A stretch of 64,000 nucleotides of DNA, from positions 5,719 through 69,718 of the forward strand of contig JAJZZC010000005.1 in the NCBI GenBank assembly GCA_021797775.1. Direction: 5' to 3'. The translations under genes were made by a program, and so were the position numbers. Positions 49,654 to 59,475 of this stretch are shown here, piece after piece. This DNA is from Bacillota bacterium. Its GTDB lineage: Bacteria; Bacillota; Sulfobacillia; RBS10-35; JAJYVN01. Each line of letters begins with the position of its first letter. Within the stretch, counting starts at the first letter, position 1. Below the pieces are notes generated by a model that searched no databases, was not told the origin of the DNA, and was given only the letters and a program-made list of their open reading frames with translations.

Positions 49654-50559
49654 ATGAGGGAAAGCGGCGCGGTGCGGATTCAGCAGCGCAGCAAGGGCCG
49701 GGGCCGTCTGCATCGGCGGCGTTTGGTGGAGTTCGTCGGTTTCATTGCCCTTTGGCTCATAGGGTTCGTCGCCTTTCAGGCGTATCCGTTGGTCCAGTCG
49801 CTGTACATCAGTTTCGCGACCCTGAATTTTCAGGCTTCCGGGGTGCAGTGGGTCTGGGTAGGACTGCTGAATTACCAGAATGCACTGACCGTCGATGTGA
49901 ACTTTGTGCCTTACCTCGTGCAGGCAATTCTCTCGACGGTCGTCGAGATGCCGTTGATCATCTTCTTTGCGCTGGTGGCCGCAACCCTGCTCAAGCAGGG
50001 CCTGTTCGGGACAACGTTGTTCCGTGGCCTATTTTTCCTGCCGGTCGTCATCGGCTCGTCCGCCGTCATGTCGAATCTCTTGGGTGGCGGTGGCGTGCCT
50101 GTCCTCGTCCACGGCCGTTTTCTAGGCGTTATCATTCGAGTTGTCGGACCGACCATCGGGCAGGACCTGTTGACCGTTTTCAGCCAGATGGCGCTGGTAT
50201 TGTGGAGATCCGGTGTGCAGGTGCTGCTGTTCCTCGCCGGGCTGTACGGGGTGAACCCGACCTATTACGAGGTCGCGCGCATCGACGGCGCGAACGCCTG
50301 GCAGACCTTTCTCAAGGTGACGCTGCCTGCCATTTCACCCATGATGGTGCTCATCTGGATCTACACCCTCGTGGATACCTTCACGGATCCGGTGTTGGAC
50401 CCCGTGTTGCGTTACATCGAGACGGTTGGATTGCAGGGTGACTTGCAACTGGGGCTGGCTGGCGCGATGGGCTGGCTGTCTCTGGTGGTTGTATTTGTGA
50501 TGCTGTTGATCATCTTCCGTTACGCGTCGCGGCACACTTACTACGCGGGGGAGAGGTAG
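49654..50559 (+). CDS. Sugar ABC transporter permease (MalF-like), second set
   Basis: YYEVARIDGANAWQTFLKVTLPAISP EAA loop and six TM helices. ATG abuts the upstream stop (TAAATG). Confidence 0.9.
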   Translation: MRESGAVRIQQRSKGRGRLHRRRLVEFVGFIALWLIGFVAFQAYPLVQSLYISFATLNFQASGVQWVWVGLLNYQNALTVDVNFVPYLVQAILSTVVEMPLIIFFALVAATLLKQGLFGTTLFRGLFFLPVVIGSSAVMSNLLGGGGVPVLVHGRFLGVIIRVVGPTIGQDLLTVFSQMALVLWRSGVQVLLFLAGLYGVNPTYYEVARIDGANAWQTFLKVTLPAISPMMVLIWIYTLVDTFTDPVLDPVLRYIETVGLQGDLQLGLAGAMGWLSLVVVFVMLLIIFRYASRHTYYAGER

Positions 50560-50560
50560 T

Positions 50561-51562
50561 ATGGCCAGAGAGCTCGCATCGGTCGAATTCGTTGCGAATC
50601 CCTTTCAGCGCGCGCTCGACAAGGCGCGAAGCATTGGCCCCCGCTGGGTGCTCAACCTCGTGCTGTACGCTGTACTCATCGACATGGGCTTCGTGTATTT
50701 CCTCCCGCTGGCTTTCATGGTCCTGACGTCGTTCAAGTCGCCGCTCGACCTGGAGAACCCGACGGTGGTGTGGCTGCCTACGCAGCTGTTCGTACAGAAC
50801 TACACGTTCTCATGGGAACAGCTGAGCTACATCCCCGCTGTGGAACGTACGTTGATCTGGGTTGCGGTCGCGACACTGGGGCAGATCTTTTCGACGGCGC
50901 TGGTCGGCTACGGATTCGCGCGTTACAGCCGGCGTTTTAAAATTGCGGACGTACTCTTCCTGTTGGCCGTGTTCACGTTCTTGGTGCCGCCACAGACCAT
51001 TGTCGTTTCACTGTTTTTAAACTTCAAGTTGCTGGGCTGGTTGAACACATACTACCCGCTTACGGTGCCGGAGTGGTTCGCTCAGGGCTTGCGCGGCGCG
51101 TTCTTTATCTTCATCTTCCGACAGGCGTTCAAGGCGTTGCCATATGAACTGGAGGAAGCGGCGCGGGTAGACGGCGCCGGTCCGCTGTCGATATTCTTTC
51201 GTGTGATGTTGCCCCTAGTCAAGCCGTCCCTGTCCGTGGCATTGGTGTTCTCCGTCGTCTGGCATTGGAATACCACGTTTGGGCCGTCGAACTTCCTGCA
51301 GGAGAACTACAAGGCTTGGCCGTTGTCGATGGAGCTGCAGGAGTTCCAGAATGCGGTGCTGACCCAGAACAACCAGATGGCGCAGGCGTCCCAGATGATG
51401 ACGCAGAGCGGCGCCACTTCTTCTCCGAATACCGTGACATCGGCGGATCAGGGGGCGATCATGGCGGCGGTGGTGCTGGTGATCCTACCGCCGGTCCTAT
51501 TCTATCTGTTGATTCAACGAACGTTCGTGCAGGGCATTGAGCGTACCGGCTTGATCGAATAG
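50561..51562 (+). CDS. Carbohydrate ABC transporter permease (MalG-like), second set
   Basis: LEEAARVDGAGPLSIFFRVMLPLVKPS and six TM helices. ATG lies 1 nt after the upstream stop. Confidence 0.9.
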   Translation: MARELASVEFVANPFQRALDKARSIGPRWVLNLVLYAVLIDMGFVYFLPLAFMVLTSFKSPLDLENPTVVWLPTQLFVQNYTFSWEQLSYIPAVERTLIWVAVATLGQIFSTALVGYGFARYSRRFKIADVLFLLAVFTFLVPPQTIVVSLFLNFKLLGWLNTYYPLTVPEWFAQGLRGAFFIFIFRQAFKALPYELEEAARVDGAGPLSIFFRVMLPLVKPSLSVALVFSVVWHWNTTFGPSNFLQENYKAWPLSMELQEFQNAVLTQNNQMAQASQMMTQSGATSSPNTVTSADQGAIMAAVVLVILPPVLFYLLIQRTFVQGIERTGLIE

Positions 51563-51589
51563 CGAGCGGCGCCGGCGAGGGGGGGAAGG

Positions 51590-51638
51590 GCGGTAGCGGG
51601 GGGTGGCCGCTCGGTGAGCGGTTGCCCCCCGCTACCGC
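51590..51638 (+). terminator. Long GC hairpin after the permease operon (terminator/REP-like; no T-tract)
   Basis: GCGGTAGCGGGGGG ... CCCCCCGCTACCGC is a perfect 14-bp stem, with an inner GCCGCTC/GAGCGGT stem. Confidence 0.5.
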
Positions 51639-52296
51639 GTCCGCAGGCGATGGGCCACGGGTGCGTGGCTGCGAGGGTGGCGTGCGGGGTGGGTCTGGGG
51701 TGCGTGGCGGTTTCGGGCGGCGCCTCGGACCAGGGGCGGGAGGGGCGCACGGCTCGTAAGCGTTCAGCCCGGGGGTGGAAGCGCTCAGGACGCGCGAAGC
51801 CGTGCGCCCCAGGGGGCTTCCCCGACGGCCGGTCGTCATGCGCGGGGGTACCGATCGCGCGACCGGCTCGTCTGGGCTCGTCTGCTAAGACAGAGTGTCC
51901 GCCAGTAGTATGCCAATATCCTTCGCAGCAGTACCTGTAGGGCCAGAGGCGGGTGCTCCCCCCCCCTGAACGCTTACCACGGCTCGGGCGCGCGGGGCTC
52001 GGCCGGTGGGCCGCGAGCCAAGAGCGGGGCGCACGGGACGGGGGGCGTGCGCGTGGCGGAGCGCCCGCAGGTAGCGGAGGGGAGTTGGGCGGGTGGGGAG
52101 CGGCCACGGGAGCAGGGTGGTGGCTTCGCGCTCGCGAACTGTATGGAGTGGAGAGGGGGCGGGCGCTGGCGGCCCAGGGCAAGGCCGCCGCGCGGAGGGG
52201 GCGCGGCGGCTGGGGTGCGCTGTCTGTGTCTTAGGGGGTTCCGGTGCTCGCGCTGGCGGGGCGTCGTGGCTGTCGGGTCTCTGGAGGGGGGCGTGG

Positions 52297-52740
52297 GTGT
52301 TGCCCGTGGATGGCCAGTCGTTCTTTTCGCGGATCCGGCCGGTGCCGCGTCCGGAGCATTTCGCCATGGTGGCCGTCAGGCCGTCGGAGCGGGAGATGGC
52401 CTTCCGGATCGCCGGCAGCGCCCCGGGATTCTGCGCCGTCCTGGATGTGGGCGCGGAGATCACGCTTCTGCTGCCCCAGGAGCGTTGGGCTCAGGTCGCG
52501 CCAGTCTTTCTGGATCCGGCCGTGCAGGTCGACTTCCGGGTGGTGACGCTGGACTCGGACGTGGAGTTGGAGGCGGTTGGGTACATTTCGACGGTGACCG
52601 GCGCGTTGGCGCGTGCCGGGCTGGCGGTGGCGGTGATGTCGGGGTTTTCCTGTGACCATCTGCTGGTGCGGGAGCGGGACCTGCATCAGTGTTTGGACAT
52701 CCTGCAAAAGGCGGGTGCGGCGGCCCCGGGCCGAGCCTGA
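52297..52740 (+). CDS. ACT-domain-containing protein (small-molecule-binding regulatory domain)
   Basis: VVTLDSDVELEAVGYISTVTGALARAGLAVAVMSGFSCDHLLVRERDL fits an ACT_7-type beta-alpha-beta-beta-alpha-beta pattern. GTG 52297 follows GGAGG. Confidence 0.6.
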   Translation: MLPVDGQSFFSRIRPVPRPEHFAMVAVRPSEREMAFRIAGSAPGFCAVLDVGAEITLLLPQERWAQVAPVFLDPAVQVDFRVVTLDSDVELEAVGYISTVTGALARAGLAVAVMSGFSCDHLLVRERDLHQCLDILQKAGAAAPGRA

Positions 52741-52863
52741 GTGGCGCCGCGGCGTGGTGGCGGGCGCAGGGGGAACTCCGCGCTGGACCTGTCGGCGCGG
52801 AGTGGCGGGGGCGGTCGGGGCGTGGGCCGGCGCGTCTGAGGTGCGGGCTGGGAGGGCGAGGCG

Positions 52864-53454
52864 GTGGGCGACGCGCTGCGTGAGGTGGCGGGCGCGGGTG
52901 GCGGTGCTGTCGCGCTCGCCAAGGGGGCCGGCCGCGTGCGGGCGGAGTTGCGCGTGAACGGGATTGCGCGCGAACTCTGGGTGGAGCCCCGCAGGACGCT
53001 GCTCGACGTGTTGCGGTCCGACCTCGGGCTCACGGGGGCCAAGCCGGGATGCGAGCACGGGGAGTGTGGCGCCTGCACCGTGCATCTGGCGGGGCGGGCC
53101 GTGTACGCCTGCCTGCTGTTGGCGGTGGCCTGCGCGGACCGCGAGGTCACGACGATTGAAGGGCTGGGCCGTCCCGGGGCCCTGGATTCGGTACAGCAGG
53201 CGTTCGTGGAGCACGACGCGCTGCAATGCGGGTTCTGCACGCCGGGCCAGATCATGGCGGCGAAGGCCCTGCTCGCCGAAAACCCGTCGCCGGACGCCCG
53301 GGAGATCCGCGAGGCCTTGGCCGGCAACCTCTGCCGTTGCGGGGCCTACCAGCGGATCGTCGAAGCGACGCTGGCGGCCGCGCGTGGCGTCGGCGCCGGG
53401 GAAGGCGCTGGAGGCGGACGGGCCGGGGGCGGAGAGGGGGATCTCCGTGCCTAG
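52864..53454 (+). CDS. Molybdenum hydroxylase small subunit, [2Fe-2S]x2 (CoxS/XdhC-gamma/PaoA-like)
   Basis: GCEHGECGACTV plus CGFCTPG...CRCGAY cysteine signatures. Confidence 0.9.
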   Translation: MGDALREVAGAGGGAVALAKGAGRVRAELRVNGIARELWVEPRRTLLDVLRSDLGLTGAKPGCEHGECGACTVHLAGRAVYACLLLAVACADREVTTIEGLGRPGALDSVQQAFVEHDALQCGFCTPGQIMAAKALLAENPSPDAREIREALAGNLCRCGAYQRIVEATLAAARGVGAGEGAGGGRAGGGEGDLRA

Positions 53455-55735
53455 GATCGTGCGGACGACGTACGAGTACGAGGGTCGGACCCGAGAGAGC
53501 ATCGCGGTCGTCGAGGACGACGCGCTGACCGCTTGGGGCGCCGAGGCGCGCCTATCGGTGGTGGGACGTCCCCACGCGCGCGTGGACGCCGTGGAGCGGG
53601 TGACCGGAGCGGCCCGCTTCACGGCGGACGTACAGCTGCCCGGCATGCTGCATGCGCGGATCGCCCGCAGCCCCCATGCGCGCGCGCGCGTTCGCTCGGT
53701 CGACGCCGCGCGCGCGCGGGCGCTGCCGGGCGTGCACCTCGTGCTCACCCCCGATGGGATCCCCGACGACTTGCCGCAGCCGCTGCAGACGGAGTTGCGG
53801 TTCGAGGGCGAAGAGGTCGCGGCCGTCGTCGCCGAAACGCCCGAGCAGGCCGAGGACGCGCTGTGGGCCATCGCCGTGGACTACGAGGTCCTGCCCGCCG
53901 TGGCGACCGCGGCACAGGCCCTGGTGGCGGGGGCGCCGGAGGCGGTGGAGGGCGGCAACCTGGGACGCGGTGGCAGAGCGGACGTGTGGGAGCACGGGGA
54001 CGTGGGCGCTGCGCTGGGGCGGAGCGACATGGTATTGGAGGAAACATACACCACCGCCACCCAGTTGCACACGGCCCTCGAACCGCACGGCTCGGTGGCT
54101 TGGTGGCAGCCCGACCGTCTGACGGTGTGGGCCTCGACGCAGGATATCGGCGGCCTGCGCAACGGACTGTGTGAAGCCTACGGGCTGCCGCGCGACAGGG
54201 TGCGGGTCGTCGCGGAGTTCATCGGCGGCGGGTTTGGCGCGAAGTGGGGCCCGGACCGCCACCACCACGTGGCCGTCATCGCCAGCCGCCTGACCGGCCG
54301 TCCGGTGCGCCTGATGCTGACGCGTCGGGAGGAGAACCTCTGCACGGGCAACCGCCCGGGCACGATGCAACAAGTGCGCCTCGGCGCCAGCCGTGACGGC
54401 CGTCTGCTGGCCGTGTCCGTGCGGGCGTACTCGCTGGACGGGGCCCGGGGCGGCGGAGGCACGGTCGGCGGTCCCGCGCGCGACATGTACGCCGCGGAGG
54501 CGGTGCGTACCGAGGAATACAGCGTCTACACCAACACCGGGCCGGCGTGCGCCTTCCGCGCCCCCGGGTACCCTGAGGGCGCCTTTGCCCTGGAGTCTGC
54601 CCTCGACGAGTTGGCGGAGCGTCTCGACCTTGACCCGCTCGACCTTCGCCGGCGCAACCATGCGGAGAGCCGCTGGGGAAAGCCGTTTTCCAGCAACGCC
54701 CTGCTGGAGATGTACGATGTCGGCGCGCGGGCGATCGGTTGGGATCGGCGTAGCGCGATGCGGGTGGAGAACCGTGGCCGGAGGATGGCCCGTGGCCTGG
54801 GGGTGGCGGCTGGCTGCTGGGGGTCGGCGGGTTGGCCGCCCGCGCACGCCTGGGTCCAAGTCAACGGGGATGGCACGATCACCGTGAGCTCGGCTACACA
54901 GGACATCGGCACGGGCAGCAAGACAGCGCTCGCCGTATGCGCAGCCGAGGAGATGGGCCTGCCGCTGGATGCCGTCACCATGCGGATCGGCGACACGGAT
55001 GGCGCGCCCTACGGCACCGGATCTGGAGGCAGCGGCACGGTGTCCTCGATGGCGCCCGCTGTGCGCGGCGCAGCGGCGGACGCGCGCCGGCAATTGCTGG
55101 AGATCGCTGGCGCTTACCTGGACATGCCGCCGGATGCCTTGCGCATCGAAGCCGGGGTGGTCCGTTCCCCGGAGCGACCCGACCTGGAACTGCCGCTGCG
55201 CGACCTGTTGCGCGATCTCGGTCCCCTGAACATCGTCGGCCGCGGCGGGCGCGCCCCCAACCCGTCGGACCTGGCGGTCCTGGCGGCCGCCGTGCACTTT
55301 GCCGAGGTCGAGGTGGACACATGGACCGGGGAGGTGCGCGTGGCCCGCTTCGTGGCCGTCCACGAGTCGGGGCGAGTCATTAATCCCCTCACCATGTCGG
55401 CCCAGGTGGAAGGCGGCGTCGCCTTCGGCATCGGCTACGCCCTGACCGAGGAACGCGTGGTCGATCCGTGCAGCGGCAGGGCCCTCAACGCCAACCTCGA
55501 GGACTACAGAGTGCCCACGGTGATGGACGTGCCGGTGGTGCAGGCGATCCTCCTGGACCGGCCGGATGAACGGCTGAACAACGCCGGGGTGAAAGGCATC
55601 GGCGAGCCCCCCGTGATTCCGCCCGCCCCGGCCATCTGCAACGCCATCCATCATGCCTGCGGGGTGCGCCTGCGCCACCTGCCCGTCACTCGGGCGCGCA
55701 TGCTGGCGGGGCTCGGTGCGCGGGCTGTCCCTTGA
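53447..55735 (+). CDS. Molybdopterin-binding large subunit of a xanthine dehydrogenase/aldehyde oxidoreductase-family enzyme
   Basis: RVDAVERVTGAARFTADV, GGGFGAKWG, ACAFRAPGYPEG, GGSGTVSS and GIGEPPVIPPAPAICNAI. No AYxCSFR CODH signature seen. GTG overlaps the small-subunit stop. Confidence 0.9.
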   Translation: MPRIVRTTYEYEGRTRESIAVVEDDALTAWGAEARLSVVGRPHARVDAVERVTGAARFTADVQLPGMLHARIARSPHARARVRSVDAARARALPGVHLVLTPDGIPDDLPQPLQTELRFEGEEVAAVVAETPEQAEDALWAIAVDYEVLPAVATAAQALVAGAPEAVEGGNLGRGGRADVWEHGDVGAALGRSDMVLEETYTTATQLHTALEPHGSVAWWQPDRLTVWASTQDIGGLRNGLCEAYGLPRDRVRVVAEFIGGGFGAKWGPDRHHHVAVIASRLTGRPVRLMLTRREENLCTGNRPGTMQQVRLGASRDGRLLAVSVRAYSLDGARGGGGTVGGPARDMYAAEAVRTEEYSVYTNTGPACAFRAPGYPEGAFALESALDELAERLDLDPLDLRRRNHAESRWGKPFSSNALLEMYDVGARAIGWDRRSAMRVENRGRRMARGLGVAAGCWGSAGWPPAHAWVQVNGDGTITVSSATQDIGTGSKTALAVCAAEEMGLPLDAVTMRIGDTDGAPYGTGSGGSGTVSSMAPAVRGAAADARRQLLEIAGAYLDMPPDALRIEAGVVRSPERPDLELPLRDLLRDLGPLNIVGRGGRAPNPSDLAVLAAAVHFAEVEVDTWTGEVRVARFVAVHESGRVINPLTMSAQVEGGVAFGIGYALTEERVVDPCSGRALNANLEDYRVPTVMDVPVVQAILLDRPDERLNNAGVKGIGEPPVIPPAPAICNAIHHACGVRLRHLPVTRARMLAGLGARAVP

Positions 55736-55814
55736 CCCGTCCGCCGCCGCGGCCGCTGTTCGGACTTGCGCCGGGGGGCGTGCGACGGCCCCTGCGGCGC
55801 CGGGGGTGGGCCAG

Positions 55815-56795
55815 GTGAAGCCGTTCGCCTACGAGCGCGCGCTGAGCATCCAGGAGAGCATGGGATCGCTGGCCGCCGGAGCCCGCGTCCTCGCGGGTGG
55901 AACCGACATGGTTCCACTGATGCGGCAGCGGTTGGTCGACCCAGACCGGCTCGTCGACCTGACCGCCGTGGGCGGCGCGCCGCGCGAGGTGTCCCCGCAC
56001 GCGGGGGGGGGACTGCGGCTCGGCGCCCTGCTCACCCTTGCGGCCCTGGCCGGCGACGACACGCTGCGGCGGGACTACTCGGCCCTGGCCCAGGCCGTGG
56101 CCGGTGCGGCGAGCGCGCAGATCCGCAACGTCGCCACACTGGGTGGAAGCCTGTGCCAGTGGAACCGCTGTTGGTATTTCCGCGCTGGCATCCCCTGTCT
56201 CCTTCATGGGGGAGACGCCTGCCCAGCGGTGCCAGGCGACCACCGTTTCCACGCGATCTTCCGCGACGGGCCCTGCATCGCCGTGCATCCCTCCGATCCG
56301 GCCGTGGCGCTGCTGGCGCTGGGCGCCCGGGTGGAGGTCACCGGGCCCGACGGAGCACGCAGCCTCGACCTCGGCGCCTTCCTCCTGCCCCCAGGGCCGG
56401 GCCGCCCTGAACAGACTGTGCTGGAGCCCAGTGAGGTTGTGACCGCCGTGCTGCTGCCGGCGCCGGCCGGCCCCAGCGTGTTCCGCAAGGCGATGGACCG
56501 GGCCGCCTGGGCCTTCGCGCTGGTGAGCGTGGCGGTTTCCGTCACCGTGGAGGGTGGTCGTGTGGTCCGGGCGGCCATTGCCCTCGGCGGCGTGGCCGGC
56601 GTACCGCGCGCGGCGACGGCCGCGGCCGAGTCGCTGCGCGGGCGCGCGCTCGACGTGGACGCAGCCGCGCGTGCCGCCGACCTGGCGGTGGAGGGGGCCG
56701 ATCCCCTCCACGGCACCGCGTACAAGGTCGATCTCACCCGCCGTCTCGTGCGCACGGCGTTGCTGGAGATCGCTGGCGCGCCATCAGGGGCCTGA
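55815..56795 (+). CDS. FAD-binding medium subunit (CoxM/PaoB/HcrB-like) with a Cys-rich insert
   Basis: VLAGGTDMVPLMRQ, ATLGGSLCQWNRCWYFRAGIPCLLHGGDACPAV...CIAVHPSD and the C-terminal CO_deh_flav_C-like region. Confidence 0.85.
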   Translation: MKPFAYERALSIQESMGSLAAGARVLAGGTDMVPLMRQRLVDPDRLVDLTAVGGAPREVSPHAGGGLRLGALLTLAALAGDDTLRRDYSALAQAVAGAASAQIRNVATLGGSLCQWNRCWYFRAGIPCLLHGGDACPAVPGDHRFHAIFRDGPCIAVHPSDPAVALLALGARVEVTGPDGARSLDLGAFLLPPGPGRPEQTVLEPSEVVTAVLLPAPAGPSVFRKAMDRAAWAFALVSVAVSVTVEGGRVVRAAIALGGVAGVPRAATAAAESLRGRALDVDAAARAADLAVEGADPLHGTAYKVDLTRRLVRTALLEIAGAPSGA

Positions 56796-57050
56796 AGCGG
56801 GCAGGAGGCCTGGGTCCAGCTCCAGAGTCACCCAGCGGATGGTCGCGTGGACCCACCCCAGCCGCGGCGGGGCGGCGCGGGGAGCGAGAGGCCCTCGCGC
56901 CGGGGCTCAGGGTGTGCGTCGGCCCCGGCTCGCGGTGACGGGCGGCCGCACCCGTGCCGCACGCCGGAGTGCGCGCGGAAGCCGCGCCCGCCTCGGATCA
57001 GCGGGACGCCAGCGCGGGATGCCAGCCGGATGCCAGCAGGAGGACAGCCG

Positions 57051-58460
57051 TTGCTCGCGCAGGAGCCTTCCCCCAGCAGAGAGACCGCAGCGGCGCGCCG
57101 CCCGTTACCGCCCGGGACGGATGTCGACGGTCGCGGCCACCTCATCGACGGTGGATGCGATGTGACGGATCTGGCGCGGCGATACGGCACGCCGCTGTAC
57201 GTGTTCAACGAGACGGTGCTGCGCGCCAACTGTCGCGCCTACCGCGACGCCTTCGCCGCCTACGCGCCTGGCGCGATGGTCGCATACGCCGCCAAGGCCT
57301 GCCTGACGCGGGCCATCGCCGCCGTGGTGGCCGCCGAGGGCCTGCACATCGACGTCGTCTCCGGCGGCGAACTGCACGTCGCGCTTTCCGCCGGTTTCCC
57401 GGCGGAGCGTGTCGTCTTTCACGGCAACAACAAGACCGCCGCAGAGATCACCCAGGCGCTGGACGCCGGCATCGGACGCTTTGTGGTCGACAACCTCGAC
57501 GAGATGGATCGGCTGGCGGAGGCCGCGACACGGCGCGGTCTCCGCCAGCGGGTCCTGCTGCGTGTGGCCCCGGGGATTGAGGCCCACACCCACGAGTACA
57601 TCCAGACCGGTAGTCAGGACAGCAAGTTCGGCTTCGACCTGGAGAGCGGGCAGGCCCTGCGGGCGGCACAACGGTGCGCCGCCACGGGGGGCCTGCGCCT
57701 CGTGGGCCTGCACGCGCACATCGGATCGCAATTGCTCGACACGCGGGCGGTGCCACCCCTGGTGGAGCGCATGCTCGACCTCGCGCGCGCGGTGGAGTCC
57801 GCGTGCGGCGTCCGCCTGGGAGAACTCAACCTGGGGGGCGGCGCCGGCATCCGGTACGTGGACGAAGAGGCGTTGGCCCCGCGCACGCTGGCAGCGGCGC
57901 TGACGGCCGCGGTCGCCGCGGGCTGCGCCCGGCGGGGCATGGAGCCGCCTGTGCTGGCCGTGGAGCCGGGCCGCTCCGTCGTCGGCGAGGCGGGTATCGC
58001 CCTCTACACCGTGGGGAGCCGCAAGCGTGTGCCGGGGCTCGTGCCGTACGTCGCCGTGGACGGTGGTATGGGCGACAACATCCGCCCGGCGCTCTACGGC
58101 GCGGCGTACACCGTCGTGGCGGCGGGGCGCATGCACGAGCCCTGCGCCCAGCAGGTGCACGTGGTGGGCCGCTACTGCGAATCCGGGGACTTTCTGGCCC
58201 GGGACGCCATGCTGCCGGCCCCGGAGGTTGGCGACCTCCTGGCCTTCTATGCCGCTGGTGCCTACCAGGTTCCCATGGCGAGCAACTATAACCTCGTCCC
58301 GCGTCCCTGCCTGCTCTTGGTCGCCAACGGCCGAGCCGACGTGATGGTGGAGCGAGAGACCTACGCCGATCTCTGCGCGCGCGACCGGCTGCCTGAACGA
58401 CTGCTTGCCCGTCCAGCGGCCGCCGCGGCGGGCATGGGCTCGCTGGGCTCGGCCGGCTGA
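57051..58460 (+). CDS. lysA: Diaminopimelate decarboxylase
   Basis: YGTPLYVFNE, YAAKAC (PLP Lys), VVSGGEL, FHGNNK, NLGGGAGI and CESGD. TTG 57051 lies 7 nt after AGGAGG (ATG 57030 is an alternative). Confidence 0.9.
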   Translation: MLAQEPSPSRETAAARRPLPPGTDVDGRGHLIDGGCDVTDLARRYGTPLYVFNETVLRANCRAYRDAFAAYAPGAMVAYAAKACLTRAIAAVVAAEGLHIDVVSGGELHVALSAGFPAERVVFHGNNKTAAEITQALDAGIGRFVVDNLDEMDRLAEAATRRGLRQRVLLRVAPGIEAHTHEYIQTGSQDSKFGFDLESGQALRAAQRCAATGGLRLVGLHAHIGSQLLDTRAVPPLVERMLDLARAVESACGVRLGELNLGGGAGIRYVDEEALAPRTLAAALTAAVAAGCARRGMEPPVLAVEPGRSVVGEAGIALYTVGSRKRVPGLVPYVAVDGGMGDNIRPALYGAAYTVVAAGRMHEPCAQQVHVVGRYCESGDFLARDAMLPAPEVGDLLAFYAAGAYQVPMASNYNLVPRPCLLLVANGRADVMVERETYADLCARDRLPERLLARPAAAAAGMGSLGSAG

Positions 58461-58521
58461 ACCCGCAAGCGGGGCGCCGCCGCCTGTCTCGCCGGCCGGT
58501 CAGGCGCCGCGCGACCTGCTG

Positions 58522-59221
58522 TCAGGTGATGTCGGGGGGCAAGGGCCACCCCTCTTGGCTGGGAACCACTCCGGCGCCCGGCTCTTGACCAGGCCCGTGC
58601 GCCGCGGTGGGGGAGGGGATCGCCCCGGCCCCGTACCGCGTGAGCCAGGTCAAGCCGTCCTCTGGCTGCGCGAGCGCGCGCCACAAATGGGCGAAGTGTA
58701 GCGTGGGCACGGCCGGCGGCTCCTGGCCCCCCGCCACCGCGTCGAGGGTGGCCAGGGCGTTGCCCCACGCCGTGGCCGCGTCGAGGCCCGCCGGCGGAGT
58801 GTCGATGCTCCAGAGGAAGGCGTTCCAAGCCGCCAGGAACCGGCCCGTGGCGGCGCGTTCCTGCAGGTGCCTGCAGGCGTAGCGCTCCACAGGATCCAAC
58901 CGTAGAGCGGCGGGGTCGTGCGCGCCAGACCCGTGCTCGTCCCAGGTGGCCAGCACCGTGCCCCAGGCCTGTGCCTTCGTCCGGTAGAAGGCGTGCTGCC
59001 CGCTCCGCTGCAGGATGTTGCAGGCGCTGGCCGCAGCACCGTAGTCCCGACGCCACCGACAGGCGTCAATCAAGCCCCAGAGCGCCACGTCGCGACCCGG
59101 TGCCCGTGGTGGCAGCCGGTCAACGGCCCGGACGAAATGCCGGGCCGCATCCCGGGCGTCGCCGGCGCGCAGGGCGTTGCGGGCGTCGCGCAGGTGCTGG
59201 GCCGCAGGGGTGATGCGCATG
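58522..59221 (-). CDS. Hypothetical protein (helical-repeat-like)
   Basis: Trusted from ATG 59221 (MRITPAAQHLRDARNALRAGDARDAARHF...). The upstream part of track ORF ..59748 is low-complexity. No family recognised. Confidence 0.45.
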
Positions 59222-59475
59222 CCCCTCCGGGTTCGCGCCAGCGCGAGTGCTTCCTCCTGGGGCCCAGGTTGGCGTCCTGGTGGCGGGGGGCCTTCGGCCA
59301 CAACCGGCGGCGAGCCGACGTGCCCCGGGCCGGACCCGCTCCACGGGCCACACCTCGCTGGAGCTTCGGCGCTGCGGGGCACCGCGCGCGTCGGCGGGCC
59401 CACGGCTGGACAGGACAGCCAGCGCGCCCCATACTGACCGAACGTCGCGACAGGTGAGCGAATGGTGGTGGATGG

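Noticed and set aside
53552-55678. 708-aa minus-strand ORF
   Set aside because: Antisense to the molybdopterin large subunit, which has unmistakable family motifs.
53447-55735. Possible aerobic CO dehydrogenase (CoxL)
   Set aside because: No AYxCSFR/AYRGAGR active-site loop was seen. The gene order and FAD-subunit features point to a generic xanthine dehydrogenase/aldehyde oxidoreductase family member.
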